The notes under the pieces were generated by a model. It was not told the origin of the DNA. It saw nothing but the letters and a program-made list of their open reading frames with translations, and searched no databases. From the IMG/VR virus record IMGVR_UViG_3300012940_000057, positions 1 through 36,753 of that record: 36,753 nucleotides of DNA. The stretch is one strand, 5' to 3'. This document shows, one piece after another, positions 36,525 through 36,753 of the stretch; the stretch's first letter is position 1; every line of letters begins with the position of its first letter. Origin of the DNA: a virus. Taxonomy: Duplodnaviria; Caudoviricetes. The position numbers and the translations under genes are program-made.

Positions 36525-36553
36525 AATAATTCCTCCTTTCCCTATACTAAAAT

Positions 36554-36606
36554 AAGTATAGCATATAAATAAGTTATTTTAAATAACTTTATTACATGCT
36601 ATACTT
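36554..36606. repeat. 53-bp imperfect dyad
   Basis: AAGTATAGCAT/ATGCTATACTT and AAGTTATTT/AAATAACTT share a centre at 36580. Confidence 0.8.
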
Positions 36607-36611
36607 TGCTG

Positions 36612-36752
36612 TTACAAGCGAAATGCAATTTCTTTATTGATTAATTTTTGAGGATCTAATAATACTTCCTCTTCTTTTCTGTGTCTTAGGTAATCATATA
36701 TATCATTAACATGTATTTGAGCCTTTAAAACAACACCTTTTGAATTAAATCG
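36612..36752 (-). CDS. 3' end of a gene running in from outside the window
   Basis: Open frame RFNSKGVVLKAQIHVNDIYDYLRHRKEEEVLLDPQKLINKEIAFRL*. Confidence 0.6.
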   Translation of the reverse strand, partial: RFNSKGVVLKAQIHVNDIYDYLRHRKEEEVLLDPQKLINKEIAFRL

Positions 36753-36753
36753 T

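Noticed and set aside
1-36753. tRNA/rRNA genes and arbitrium (aimR/aimP) genes
   Set aside because: No cloverleaf or T-loop signatures and no TPR receptor plus peptide pair recognised by eye; a tRNAscan-SE run would be needed to exclude tRNAs formally.

Overview
AT-rich window that reads as the replication, nucleotide-metabolism and control region of a large SPbeta-like temperate phage or prophage of a Bacillota host. At the left end are two + strand serine-recombinase genes (the second lacks the catalytic motifs) and a TnpB/IS605 right-end remnant. From 3057 onward the genes run on the - strand. They include RusA, DnaE, an HTH+S1 protein, a thymidine-kinase-like protein, a Nudix hydrolase, RNase HI, ThyA, dUTPase, NrdB/MTase/NrdA, RecJ, a CYTH-like protein, primase, helicase, loader, guanylate kinase, an AAA ATPase, an SSB-like protein and a YopR/MrpR-like repressor. 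The strongest non-coding signals are: (i) a ~460-bp segment before rnhA with two interleaved sets of long-range inverted repeats, a candidate new structured RNA or switch; (ii) a 544-nt ORF-less group II intron that appears to lack domains II-IV, whose removal restores a 198-aa reading frame; (iii) a ~20-24 bp operator-like motif in front of rusA, nrdA, primase and two promoters; (iv) a repeat/palindrome array before the TK-like gene; (v) a 53-bp dyad near the right end. All calls come from reading motifs by eye; no database searches were run.
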